DNA of 64,000 nt. Origin: Macrostomum lignano. Its lineage: Eukaryota. Below are positions 13,567 to 25,706 of this stretch, piece after piece. A program made the position numbers and the translations under genes. The stretch's first letter is position 1, and each line of letters begins with the position of its first letter. The notes beneath the pieces were generated by a model. It was not told where the DNA came from, searched no databases, and saw only the letters and a list, made by a program, of their open reading frames with translations. The stretch lies in the NCBI GenBank assembly GCA_002269645.1, contig NIVC01000089.1:620001-684000 (forward strand), written 5' to 3'.

Positions 13567-13953
13567 ATGCAGCAGCAGAGCCAGCATCAGGCAGGCCGCA
13601 CAGCCGCCAGCACCTTGGCGAAGATGCTGGCCAGAAATCGCAGTCTGCAGCGCTCCAAGGACCTGCTGATTGCCGACATTCAAAGCAGGGCCAAGCGGGA
13701 GAAGCAGCTCTGCCATCAGCGAATGGCTGACCTGCTGGTCGACTGGGCGGAGCTCCTGACGGTCACACCCGCGGTCGACGACTGGTTACTCGCTCGCGGC
13801 GTCCAGCCACGGAAGGTGGCAACGGCAGCGCCAGCAGCCCGAGAACGACGAGCCGAGGCAACTTCGAGGGCCGCCGCTGCCGCCGCCGCCGCTTCCACCA
13901 AAGATTTCGAATCGAAGGAAGTCCACCGCCTCAACGGCCTCAGGTGCCGCTGA
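13567..13953 (+). CDS. hypothetical protein, 128 aa, possible lineage-specific gene
   Basis: ATG-initiated GC-rich ORF with host-like codon usage and a coiled-coil-like first half (LARNRSLQRSKDLLIADIQSRAKREKQ). An acceptor-like ttttttctcaag lies ~57 nt upstream. No family recognised. Confidence 0.4.
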   Translation: MQQQSQHQAGRTAASTLAKMLARNRSLQRSKDLLIADIQSRAKREKQLCHQRMADLLVDWAELLTVTPAVDDWLLARGVQPRKVATAAPAARERRAEATSRAAAAAAAASTKDFESKEVHRLNGLRCR

Positions 13954-14297
13954 GCCCACTGCCGGAGCTGCCGGAGCGAGGGCCCCGATGAGCCGTCGGA
14001 ATTGTCAGGTCGCGGTCAGCTCGTCACCTTTCTACCTCGCTAAGGCCTGTTATGAGATTGCCTAAGTGATGAAAATTTGTCTTTTACTTTCCATATTTTG
14101 ACAATGGAGATAAAATTTCAAAAGTAGGAATGATTTAGTATATGAAATATGAGCGCTCCTTTTACATAACCATTTGAAAAATTTATTATTTTTATCAAAA
14201 TAATATTTTGACTGAAAAAAATCTCGAGATGTCAATCATTAATTATTTTTATGATTATCATTAATTATTTTTATGACACTAGGACCAACACAAACTA

Positions 14298-15398
14298 CAT
14301 ACTTCGTTACACTGTACATACACTGCTACACTGTACATACACCGCTACACTGTACATACACTGCTACACTGTACATACACCGCTACACTGTACATACACC
14401 GCTACACTGTACATACACCGCTACACTGTACATACACCGCTACACTGTACATACACTGCTACACTGTACATACACCGCTACACTGTACATACACTGCTAC
14501 ACTGTACATACATTGCTACACTGTACATACACCGCTACACTGTACATACACCGCTACACTGTACATACACCGCTACACTGTACATACACTGCTACACTGT
14601 ACATACACTGCTACACTGTACATACACCGCTACACTGTACATACACTGCTACACTGTACATACACTGCTACACTGTACATACATTGCTACACTGTACATA
14701 CACTGCTACACTGTACATACACCGCTACACTGTACATACACTGCTACACTGTACATACACCGCTACACTGTACATACACCGCTACACTGTACATACACCG
14801 CTACACTGTACATACACCGCTACACTGTACATACACCGCTACACTGTACATACACCGCTACACTGTACATACACCGCTACACTGTACATACACCGCTACA
14901 CTGTACATACACCGCTACACTGTACATACACTGCTACACTGTACATACACCGCTACACTGTACATACACTGCTACACTGTACATACACCGCTACACTGTA
15001 CATACACCGCTACACTGTACATACACCGCTACACTGTACATACACCGCTACACTGTACATACACCGCTACACTGTACATACACCGCTACACTGTTCATAC
15101 ACTGCTACACTGTACATACACTGCTACACTGTACATACACCGCTACACTGTACATACACCGCTACACTGTACATACACCGCTACACTGTACATACACTGC
15201 TACACTGTACATACACCGCTACACTGTACATACACTGCTACACTGTACATACACTGCTACACTGTACATACATTGCTACACTGTACATACACTGCTACAC
15301 TGTACATACATTGCTACACTGTACATACATTGCTACACTGTACATACATTGCTACACTGTACATACACTGCTACACTGTACATACACCGCTACACTGA
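14298..15398 (+). repeat. 19-bp minisatellite (gctacactgtacatacacc)n
   Basis: About 58 copies with c/t variants; source of ORFs 14251..15486 and 14273..15406. Confidence 0.95.
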
Positions 15399-16766
15399 GT
15401 CAGTGAGTCAGTTTATCAGTTATATTAAGTATTGTGTTGAATTGAGAAGTGACGTCATTATCTCGAGACAAATGAGGGAGTTTTAAGCTACTCAGTAAGT
15501 AGTATATTGGTAATAAGACCAAATCACTCATAACCGCTCAACATTTAGCAGGTCCTACCGTATTCATTATCGGTGTTTCAGTAGCATAACAGGATAAAAT
15601 ATTACCCAAAGCAAGCAGTGAAATGAGGCACATAGCTAATTATTGTTGAGCTATTTAAAAAGCTTTCATCCCTGAGAACACGCTCTGGGGAATATAATTT
15701 TATTGAGAATACATGGCCAGAAGATTAGTTACCTTTTCAAGTAAACACATAGAGAGCAACCTGAAAAGCAGGTATTTTATTTCAGCCTCTCAGCGGGCGA
15801 GCATCTCTGCAGGGTAAATTATTTACCATTTTTACAGAGCAGCAGCTCATGAAGGTGAATGAAGAGATTAAGGCTGTGGGCATCGCATGCAATACGGGTA
15901 GCATCAGGAGCCCCCTGAGGGAGGCGTGCTAAGATCAGGGAACGGTCACAGAGCTCTAATTGGGAGTGGAGCGTACACTCAGATCTCTATTCCCAGTCCA
16001 GATATCTAACATCAGGCGTCCCTGGCCTAGATGGGATTTCCGCCCTTTGTCCGTGAAAAAGAGTACATAAACCATTGTGTGCTGCCTAATCTCAAATGAA
16101 CATTTTAAAATTGGATAGACTAGGATTCCAGCATCTCAGCTGCCTGTCGGCAATTCCTGGCAGATTAGTTTGTTGACATTAGCAACGCAGAGTTGCAGAG
16201 CGATTGCAAATAGTGCCCAACAGTTGACACAGCAGCTTCATGGTAAAAGAGGCGCTAGGGAAACCTAATTGACGCAAGTGAATGAAAATATCACAGCGAA
16301 GCAAGATTAGTCTGTCATGTCTCAAAGACTTGAGCAAACTGAAGCCGCTCGAAAAGAAACCAAATGTTTCTCTTTATCTTGTCAATATAATGCTTTGGTA
16401 ATGCAGAGTCACAGAGAGGTATTCTGCTATATTTACCATGAGTGCAAGGGAGAGAGGAGCAAAGGAGGCGCATCTCGCAAGGTGAGCGTTGGCGTCGCCA
16501 TAGCGACAAAGTTTACTCTGCACGATAAAGCTTTCATTGTGCAGGCTGCATCGGTAATATTCTTTTCTGATTCAGACTGCTCAGGCCCTCGTGATTTATA
16601 CAAATAACTCCCTCAAAAGCTCTGCCTTGCCTGCCTCCACCTCCATCTCTGCCCCCGCTGTGGCTGCTGCCATGGTGACAGTGGCTTCATCAATATAAAT
16701 TAGACTAGGCATCGCATCGCATTTGCAACGGTAAATCATACTCACAAGCGACCGCGAAGCAGCACC

Positions 16767-17969
16767 ATGGGCTTCAAGATCGGCGTTTTAGAAATCGACA
16801 CCGACTATTCCTCGTCGGAGACCTCGCTGGCATCGTCCAGCTCAGACGAGCAGAAGAAGATGAACAAGAGGGCGGCCAAGGGCAAGGACCACAAGTACCG
16901 CGCCGAGAAGGTGCCCGCCTACGAGAGCATCATCGGGCCGCCAGCTTACAGAAAGAAGGGCGAGGAGCGCAAGAAGACCCGCTTCCTGCCGCCGCCGGCC
17001 GCCGCGGTCACCAAAGAGGCGAAAGCGACGCCGATTGATTTGCCCAAAGACGTCGGCAAAATGGACGAACCGGAGGTGCGGGCGGCGCTGCTGAAGTTCG
17101 TCAACTCGCAGGCCTGCTGGCGCTCCGGCGCCGCCGAGGGGATGTCAATCAGCAACTTGAAGCTCACCAACGCGTTCATCTACCGATGCGAGATGTTCGT
17201 CGAGGTGCGAAAGGTGAAGTGGATCAGCCAGGGCTACAAGAAGGGCGATAAGCTGGACCCACCGGCGGCCGGAGCTGCGCCCATGCCCTGGGACATGGAG
17301 ATGCTGCCGAAGCAGCAGTGGAAGGAGGAGAAGCGCAAAGCCGAGGTGCCGCACACGGCCTCAGTGCGCAAGTGCTGGTACTGCAAGGGCAAGGGCCAGG
17401 TCCGCTGCCGCGACTGCAAGGGACAGGCGCACTTTCCCTGCTCCGGCTGCAATGGTGGAGGCTTAGTCGCTGGCCCCGAGGGCGAGGTGCCGTGCTGGTC
17501 CTGCGGCGGCAGCGGCCAGAGCGCGTGCGGCCGATGCCACGGCTCGGGAAAGTACAAGTGCAAGACCTGCTCCGGGCAGAAGAAGCTCAAATGGTGCGTG
17601 CGAAATCACACCAAGTGGGAGGCCCACCACGAGGACAAGATCCACGAGGAGACTGCCCTGCCCGACAAGCTGGTGTCAGAGGTTAAAGGTCAGGAGATGT
17701 ACCGCGACGAGGGCGAGGTTTTGACTCCGCTGAACGAGTTTCCCGAGCAGTGCATCCTCCAGTTCTCCAAGGAGTTGCTGCCCGCCATGTCGGCGAAGTA
17801 CAGCAAGGAGGGTCGCATCCTGGCCATGCGACACACGGTGCTCGCCACCCCTGTCACCGAGGTCGACTGGAAGTTCGAGGACCAGGGCGGCAAGTTCTTT
17901 GTCTATGGCCTGGATCGGAGGGTGTACTTTCCGGACTATCCGCAGCAATGCTGCTGCTCACTGCTTTGA
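16767..17969 (+). CDS. SSUH2: SSUH2 homolog, intronless, 400 aa
   Basis: Single ORF with PMPWDM, VPHTASVRKC, repeated DnaJ-type CxxCxGxG motifs (CWYCKGKG, CRDCKGQA, CSGCNGGG, CWSCGGSG, CGRCHGSG, CKTCSGQK), PVTEV, FFVYGLDRRVYFPDYP and a C-terminal CCCSLL CaaX. This is the SSUH2 layout. Confidence 0.9.
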   Translation: MGFKIGVLEIDTDYSSSETSLASSSSDEQKKMNKRAAKGKDHKYRAEKVPAYESIIGPPAYRKKGEERKKTRFLPPPAAAVTKEAKATPIDLPKDVGKMDEPEVRAALLKFVNSQACWRSGAAEGMSISNLKLTNAFIYRCEMFVEVRKVKWISQGYKKGDKLDPPAAGAAPMPWDMEMLPKQQWKEEKRKAEVPHTASVRKCWYCKGKGQVRCRDCKGQAHFPCSGCNGGGLVAGPEGEVPCWSCGGSGQSACGRCHGSGKYKCKTCSGQKKLKWCVRNHTKWEAHHEDKIHEETALPDKLVSEVKGQEMYRDEGEVLTPLNEFPEQCILQFSKELLPAMSAKYSKEGRILAMRHTVLATPVTEVDWKFEDQGGKFFVYGLDRRVYFPDYPQQCCCSLL

Positions 17970-18638
17970 GCTTCTAATGCAACTGATGATGGGCTCTGAT
18001 TGAGTCGACTATTTTTGTTCCCAGATTGCCTGACACTGGTACCGCATCTTCTGGTTACGAACCCAATAAAAACTCGAACCGTTTTTTGCAGAGTTTAAAT
18101 TTATTATATTTGCAAATCGTTTGCCGATGCTTCAGAACAACTGCAGATGAAATAAAACTGAAATCAATTTTCGCATTTTGGCCTTGCTGTTTCGCGAAGT
18201 TAGATCTCGACTTGATTCTTTTTAACGATTTACATGTACAGGCAGTTAATCAAACAGACATTATAACAAGCGAGTAACATAAGCTAGTGTGTCATAAAAT
18301 AAATTAATTTTTAGTTGACATTTCACTATTCATACTACTGAAGTGGAATCAACGGTGCATGCAGCATATTATTTACTGTCACCATAGAAAAACGGGGCCA
18401 AATGTTACAAGAAAGATCAATTAAGTTCAAACTTTTGACAGGTCGATTTCACCGACGGACAAACTTTTGAGGAAAATTGAATCTCAGTTTCAAACACGAA
18501 TCGGTGAAGGCAGACTTGCAAAAGAGGTGAAGTTAACTTTTCAGTGTCTGGAGTAAAGTTTCCTTAAAATTCTTATGCTTTGAGCAGACAAGTTTTTTTC
18601 GTGTTGTCGGTGATTTTGCAGGCCATCATCGGCTGAGT

Positions 18639-21600
18639 TCAGTCCATCATTCTGAGCACGATGGAGTCCCCGTTCATCAGAGTGAGAGTTCGCTGGCTCA
18701 GGGCCAAGGAGTCAATCAGATCGGGCACATTGGCATACGTCTGCAATGCGTTTGCAGTTGTGGTCGATGCGAAAGAGAATGAAACGTGTACCGATACGGG
18801 TACCGATACGGGTACCGATACGGGTACCGATACGGGTACCGATACGGGTACCGATACGGGTACCGATACGGGTACCGATACGGGTACCGATACGGGTACC
18901 GATACGGGTACCGATACGGGTACCGATACGGGTACCGATACGGGTACCGATACGGGTACCGATACGGGTACCGATACGGGTACCGATACGGGTACCGATA
19001 CGGGTACCGATACGGGTACCGATACGGGTACCGATACGGGTACCGATACGGGTACCGATACGGGTACCGATACGGGTACCGATACGGGTACCGATACGGG
19101 TACCGATACGGGTACCGATACGGGTACCGATACGGGTACCGATACGGGTACCGATACGGGTACCGATACGGGTACCGATACGGGTACCGATACGGGTACC
19201 GATACGGGTACCGATACGGGTACCGATACGGGTACCGATACGGGTACCGATACGGGTACCGATACGGGTACCGATACGGGTACCGATACGGGTACCGATA
19301 CGGGTACCGATACGGGTACCGATACGGGTACCGATACGGGTACCGATACGGGTACCGATACGGGTACCGATACGGGTACCGATACGGGTACCGATACGGG
19401 TACCGATACGGGTACCGATACGGGTACCGATACGGGTACCGATACGGGTACCGATACGGGTACCGATACGGGTACCGATACGGGTACCGATACGGGTACC
19501 GGTACAGAAGTCATAATCAAAATCATAAAATCATAAACCTAAAGTGAAGACACCAGAGGACTGAAGGCGTTGCTGACTGACTCAGGCGCCAATGAACATG
19601 CATCGAACATGCGAAGTGAGTGACTTCACTAAGTTCACTGCCTCTCGGTTCCTCGTGTGCAGAAGAAAATGCAAACAGAAATCGCGCTAAAAATCACTCA
19701 ATTCTCACCTGGCCATCGTTAAGCAGCTGCTCCAACACGAAGCGATTGGAAGTGCACACAATCTTCAGGTGAACAACTCGGCCCCTGTGAAACACGGACA
19801 GGCAGTAGGCTGAGGCCTTGCTGGGCCGCACCAGGAACTGGCCCTCCTGTGCAAATGGGAAAAAGTGCAAGCAAGTCGATAAAGTCTTATCGATAGTAAA
19901 CATGTTTGAAGAATTCTGAGACTAATTAGTTCAGAGTAATAAATTTGAAGCTCTTTTTGCCCGATGTAACAGTGCAATGTCTATAGTCAGGATGCTGTAT
20001 ACGTGTCGCCAGTAAGGCGCTTTTCGATAGTAACTAACGCCCACAATTCTAGTGTTTTCTGCTGGTTCTCCCTCTAGTGCTTACTGGCCTCTCTCTAGTC
20101 TCTCTCTGGCCTCTCTCTAGTCTCTCTCTGGCCTCTCTCTAGTCTCTCTCTGGCCTCTCTCTAGTCTCTCTCTGGCCTCTTTCTTGTCTCTCTCTGGCCT
20201 CTCTAGTCTCTCTCTGGCCTCTCTCTAGTCTCTCTTAGGCCTCTTTCTTGTCTCTCTCTAGTCTCTCTCTAGTCTCTCTCTGGCCTCTCTCTAGTCTCTC
20301 TTAGGCCTCTTTCTTGTCTCTCTCTAGTCTCTCTCTAGTCTCTCTCTGGCCTCTCTCTAGTCTCTCTCTGGCCTCTCTCTAGTCTCTCTCTAGTCTCTCT
20401 CTAGTCTCTATCTGGCCTCTCTAGTCTCTCTCTAGTCTCTCTCTAGTCTCTCTTAGGCCTCTTTCTTGTCTCTCTCTGGCCTCTCTAGTCTCTCTCTGGC
20501 CTCTCTAGTCTCTCTCTAGTCTCTCTCTGGCCTCTCTTTAGTCTCTCTCTAGTCTCTCTCTAGTCTCTCTCTAGTCTCTGTTGTCCCTCTCTAGTCCTCT
20601 AGTCTCTCTTTAGTCTCTCTCTTTAGTCTATATCTATTCTCTCTCTAGTCTCTCTCTAGTCTCTTCTGTCCTAGTCACTCCTCAGTTTCTAGTCTCACTC
20701 TCTAGATTCCTTCCACGATGTCGTTAAGCGGTTTTATAAAACCATCGCTCACAATCCGAGTGTTCATCAGGTGGGCTTCGGCTTCATCGCGTCGCACTTC
20801 GACATAGTAGCGTTGTTGAACCAGTGGCCGGAGCCGCGGCGCCTCCGGCTGCTTTGCTGGCGACTGGCCGGTTCCAGCGCTGAAACTGCCGCCCAACTGC
20901 TCCGGCCGTCCCGGCAGAGTCGCGCTGGTGAAATCGGTGCCGCCTCCGCTGCAGCCGCCGAACGAAGAAGGAGCAAACGAGGAGTTTCGCCGCGGCATGG
21001 GCGGCCTACCGCCACCGTTGCTGACTTCGGGAGCTGTCGGTACCCGCGCTGGCGGCGACTGAAGATGCTGAGGGTACGGCAGGTGAGAATTGCCAATGCC
21101 GGGAGACGGCTGCGATCTGTGTGCTCCGATGCTGAAATTTATTGAGTAGTTAAGTTAATTGAGTCAGTAATCTCGAGTGTTGACACTGCAGTAGGGCTCG
21201 GATGGGACGGCGGGATTTGACTGCAGGCTACGGAGCAATGTCTTATCATGCATGGCTTTTAGCTATTTTTTACCTGAAACAGTCACAGTCAGGATGTCTG
21301 TGCCGCTATTTAGGATCAATGTCGGATTCTCGACATCGGATTCCGTGCGATTGACAATTGGCACATCATATGGATAAGCAGTGCCTATGCAATGAATTCT
21401 TATAAGCTGAGTTTCTGTTTACTATCCATCAACTGTACACTTGCCTTTGCGAGTAGGGCTTGGCGTTGATAATCAATCGAAACACAACTCCGTTGACACC
21501 TTGGATGACATTCTTAGTCAGGTAGTCCATCAGCTGAGACATAGAGTCGAACAGCTAAAAATGGATGGCACGAAAATATTCCTATATAGACTCAAGATGG

Positions 21601-22594
21601 AATAGCCAAATTACTCAGAACACCGTGCTGAAGACACTCACCATTTCAATTTTAGCTTCACCTAAGAAAAACTGAGCATTGCTGCTGCGCTGAATTTTCA
21701 CGTGCTTCGTCTCGCCGCCGTGCAGGAATGAGATGCAGTAGGGACTGCCGCTTCCCGGCCGAACAATGTAGGCGCCTTCCTGCAATGTTTTTTTTCACCG
21801 GGGGACTTGAAAGACTGAGCCCACCGACTGGGAGTACAGTTGTCCACCGGTTCCTAGCATCGATAAACATGTCCGGGATTTATCTGATTGCAGAAACCAA
21901 CTGCAATCTGACACGTAGTAAGGTACGTACTCGTATGAGAGACTCGAATGATCTGTCAATCGGTCACTGGGTCATTTTACTATTTCGTCCCCTGCTTATT
22001 GGCCGCCCCAAAGGGGGGTGCACTACTCGTAGATTGCTAGTCCTATATACTAAAAATGAGTTATCTGTATGCATATGGTTGGTATTTGATGGATTTAAAA
22101 AAAAACGGCTCAACCGATTTAAAAGGTCAGCTCTGCCCTCATTGCAAATCCATATAACAAACTTTTGGGGGCCTGTAACATTTACAAGAACATTGTCCGG
22201 CTTTGCTTCTGGTTTCTTTAGGAATGTGCTCAAATGAATAACTATAAATATGCTGAATAACTTTAATGATAGTAAAACCAGCCTTAGAATTTTGCAGACG
22301 CGATTATACTTGGCATTTTAGCTCGTAAAACCCAGAAGTCCTCGCCAAAAATACCATTTGAACCGCCTCCAGAGCCTCCAGGGCTTCAGTGCGCGTCAGG
22401 TTGCAGAAGTAGTCGTCAAGGAACTTCCTATCCTCAACTAAGCTGCCGCGAAAATCGCCAGAAGTTGTCGAAGACGGACGGAAAGTTGAGCCGCCCGTAG
22501 GCTGCGCAGGCGGCTGCTCGGGCGACTCGTCGGCGAACTCAGGCGGCGGTGGAGGCAAATCTGCGAAGTCGGAGTCGCCGAAGTCGCCGAACAT
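18639..22594 (-). CDS. tandem SH2-domain adaptor protein, 6 exons, ~368 aa
   Basis: Exons 22355-22594, 21642-21779, 21445-21554, 20753-21131, 19709-19846 and 18639-18740 join in frame (1107 nt). SH2-1: YFCNLTRTEALEAL|EGAYIVRPGSGSPYCISF..TKHVKI..|LFDSMSQLMDY. SH2-2: YYVEVRRDEAEAHL|EGQFLVRPSKASAYCLSV..VVHLKI..|TYANVPDLI. One intron needs a GC donor. An additional upstream exon is possible. Confidence 0.85.
18788..19500 (+). repeat. perfect 12-bp array (ggtaccgatacg)n, ~59 copies, in the last intron of the SH2 gene
   Basis: No variant unit seen; it is stop-free in all six frames, hence four spurious ORFs. Confidence 0.97.
20088..20702 (+). repeat. CT-rich degenerate satellite (ctctctagt/ctctctggc)
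   Basis: Read directly; lies in SH2 gene intron 4. Confidence 0.9.
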
Positions 22595-23618
22595 TTTTGG
22601 CAGCCTGTTGGGCAGCTCTGCGAAACCAATGCTGCTTTGGCTTCGCTGCGAGTGGCAAAACGTTTATGTTGGAAGAATTGGCACACGAAACTGTATGTTA
22701 GGCTGGATTCTGCGTAAACATGGATAGACATGATTCTAACAACTAGCCTGTCAGTTGTGCATGCAGGGGTGTACTTCGATCCATAGCTAGCCATTGGTAG
22801 CCATTAGTGCGTTTCAATTCAACCGCAGGATTTCAAGCGCAGATGCTGAGGCTGGTTTGGACCGTGCCAACCTGCATTGCTGCTTTGAATGATGTGCGTT
22901 TGCTTGAAATGTGTGATTTTTTATCGCATTTATGGCAATATGAACTGGCAGCGAACGTCCGGTCTGAAAGCCAGTTTCTAAAAGTTTAATTTAGCTCGAA
23001 ACCTGAACTTTCAAACAGCGAGTAAATTTAATATAATTTGCACTGCATTTTCGTCCGCTTAATCTGTCAAGATAATCCTTTTATACCTAAAACGATTCAT
23101 GAATCGCCTGAGTCTCATACTCATAGTCTCATCAAAGACCACTAGAAGTTATGACTTCTAGAAGAAGAAGAACATCTAGAGGTCCTAGACAGATCCGCAT
23201 TAAAAAGTATACAAAATAACTATGATTAATAGTCTCTTATTGTATTTAGGGTTTGTAGGCTCATGCATTTGCAATGGAAGACGTCATTTATTTGACATAC
23301 ATTGGGCTAATCAAGGTGTATTTTACTATAGGAAGCAAATGTTGCTCCGAGACAATTAAACGGTTTGTTTGCTCGGGGTGGGCTGCGGGCTGTGACTTTC
23401 TCATCGTCAGGTAGTTGAAACACGTTGTCCTGAGGGTTGGCTCTCCTGAGGTGCGCCGAGTGGCATTCGAACCAACCAGAGAACATTTGGGCGAGAGCCA
23501 AATTCCCGAATCTGTTTCTGTTTTGCAGGTAGTAAATAGAATTTTGTTGTCTCAAAGACAAAGAAAGCACGAGTACGCGTGCACTAGCCGCAACCACTGC
23601 TCTTAAACATCTGTCACT

Positions 23619-25077
23619 TTACAGTATGTTAAGTTCAGCAACGAGGCGCCTCCCGTGCAGCAGTTGCAGCCTCCACTTCCTCACGTCTGCCTTCACGCCG
23701 CTGTCGTTCTTCCTCTCGTTAAGGTGCGCGAACACGTGATAGGCGTGCGACTCGGCTGGGTCCAGCGGCGGGTTGGCGAAGCCGTGCTGCTCAAAGCGGC
23801 GACACTCGTCCTCGAACTCGACGCTGTCGAACAGCCGTTCCAACGGGCTTCGGGTGCACAGGAAGCGGAAGCGGGCTCTCAACTCCAACGTGCTGTTGTC
23901 GTAAAACGGTAGGAACTGCACTGGCGGGGGCAGGTGCGGACACCAAGGTCCGGGACAGCCTTCATCTTGATGCGCCTGCGGATGCACAAGAGGTGAGCAA
24001 AGAAAGCGGTATCACTGTCTCAAGGTTAAACCTAAAACACACCTGAGCAATTTGTGATTACCTGCTGAAACATGAGCGCGGCCTCCGTGAGCGGCACCGG
24101 TCCCGTCATCACGACGGCAAGCAAGGTGCTCCGTCTCGGCTTCTTGCCGGCCAGAGTTTGTCGCAGCCGGTGCAGGTAGAACATCCAGAACGGATGCTGC
24201 GGAGCGCTGTACATGATGGCGTTGCTCACCAACCGGCGCATGTGGAAGTGGTTCAGCGCGTGCAGGTAGGGCTCCAGCGGCAAGATCAAAGCGTGTTTGG
24301 CGGCCTGCCGGTCCGCCCGGCTTAGGCAGCCGGTGTCGAGGTCGGCGTACCAGCCACCCATGGCGTGCAGCACGAAGGCTCTGGCGGCGTCCGATCGCTC
24401 CATGTAGTTGGACAGCTGTCGGTAGTACATGTCCTGCCAGGCTGGGTAGCGGCTACTGATCAGCAGGTCGATCTCTACGTCCGTCCAGAAATACATTTGG
24501 TAGTCCGGGTACACCTTTCTGTATGGCGCATGGGTGCATGAAGTTCAAATTGCAGCACGAGAGTATGCTTTTTATTTTTAGCTGTGTTTGTAATTCTAAG
24601 GCTGTGAAGCATGGTAAGCTTTTTGACAATTATTTAAAGTCATGTGTGACAAACTAGATAAAAAATCTGTCGTGTCAGCCAAGGATTCTACTTGTATATC
24701 TTAGGCTAAACAATGACCGCACTGCTCTGGTGATTGCTGAAGCATGCATTAGCTTGAGGTGTTGTCTTGGCTTCCACAATCCGAGTCAGAAAGGGGGCTC
24801 TCGCATCCCTCAGGAGCAGCTCGGGGTAGCGCGTCGTTCGTCCTTGGCCTCGTCTTCGCCGGCCCTCCGCCGTTCATAACAGCAGGTCATGTAACAGGGC
24901 TCGCGGTAGCGACTCTCCGACAGAATAACTTAACCAGCCAGATTGAATCGCCTCAATTTGCTGACTTTTTTTGAGAATTGCGGCCCAAAGGTGTGCGTTC
25001 TGACACCTCCCCCGTTTTGGCCACTCGTGGCCGGCGAGTGGTGTATTTGTTGTAGTTGTTGTTGTTGTTGTTTGTTG

Positions 25078-25109
<32 letters not shown>

Positions 25110-25706
25110 GGTGGTGGTGGGGGTGGTGGTGGTGGTGGTGGTGGTGGTGGTGGTGGTGGTGGTGGTGGTGGTGGTGGTGGTGGTGGTGGTGGTGGTGGTG
25201 GTGGTGGTGGTGGTGGTGGTGGTGGTGGTGGTGGTGGTATTGTTTCAGGTGGAAAGCATCACATTGTTCCTCTAGATCTTACAGTTACAGTGACTCGATT
25301 ACACTAGCTAAATAGAGTAAACTTACCTCCAAGAAGAGAGCAGTGACTTGAAGTGCGCGTCAACCTGAAAGCTCTTGTACATGAAGTGAATTTTCTTCAC
25401 CACAGGTGGAGCGACGTCCCTTGCAGAGCTGCCAAAATGCAGTTGGAGCGAAAAATGCGTTGAGATTTCGCGTCTCTCCATCAGCGACAGCCTCACCTCC
25501 TGTTGCAGAGCAATGAAACTGCTGTGCCCATCATCAATGCGAATTTGACTCTTAATCAGCATCATGACAGCGCAGGAGAGCAGCACTAAGGAGAACAGCA
25601 GGGCGGACAAGTGGAAGTGCCACAACCGATAGGCCAATAAGGAGGAATTTAAACGGATCAAGAGACTGCTCAGATTGGTTCTCGAAGTCCCGGAGGCCGA
25701 TCGCAT
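23619..25706 (-). CDS. GT32-family (DXD) glycosyltransferase, type II membrane, 3 exons, 397 aa
   Basis: Exons 25327-25706, 24062-24518 and 23619-23975 join in frame (1194 nt). An N-terminal TM helix is followed by PPVVKKIHFMYK..SSWR|KVYPDYQMYFWTD, RSDAARAFVLHAMGGWYADLD, SNAIMYSAPQHPFW, MTGPVPLT and HAYHVFAH. These are motifs of SUR1/OCH1-like GT32 enzymes. Confidence 0.88.
25050..25240 (+). repeat. (GTT)n(GGT)n microsatellite in GT32 intron 1
   Basis: Read directly. Confidence 0.95.

Noticed and set aside
14251-15486. Long ORFs (411 and 377 aa) of HCTYTATLY repeats
   Set aside because: They are translations of a 19-bp minisatellite without stop codons.
18661-19547. TDTG / RVPI / YRYG repeat proteins
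   Set aside because: They arise from an intronic stop-free 12-mer array, antisense to the SH2 gene.
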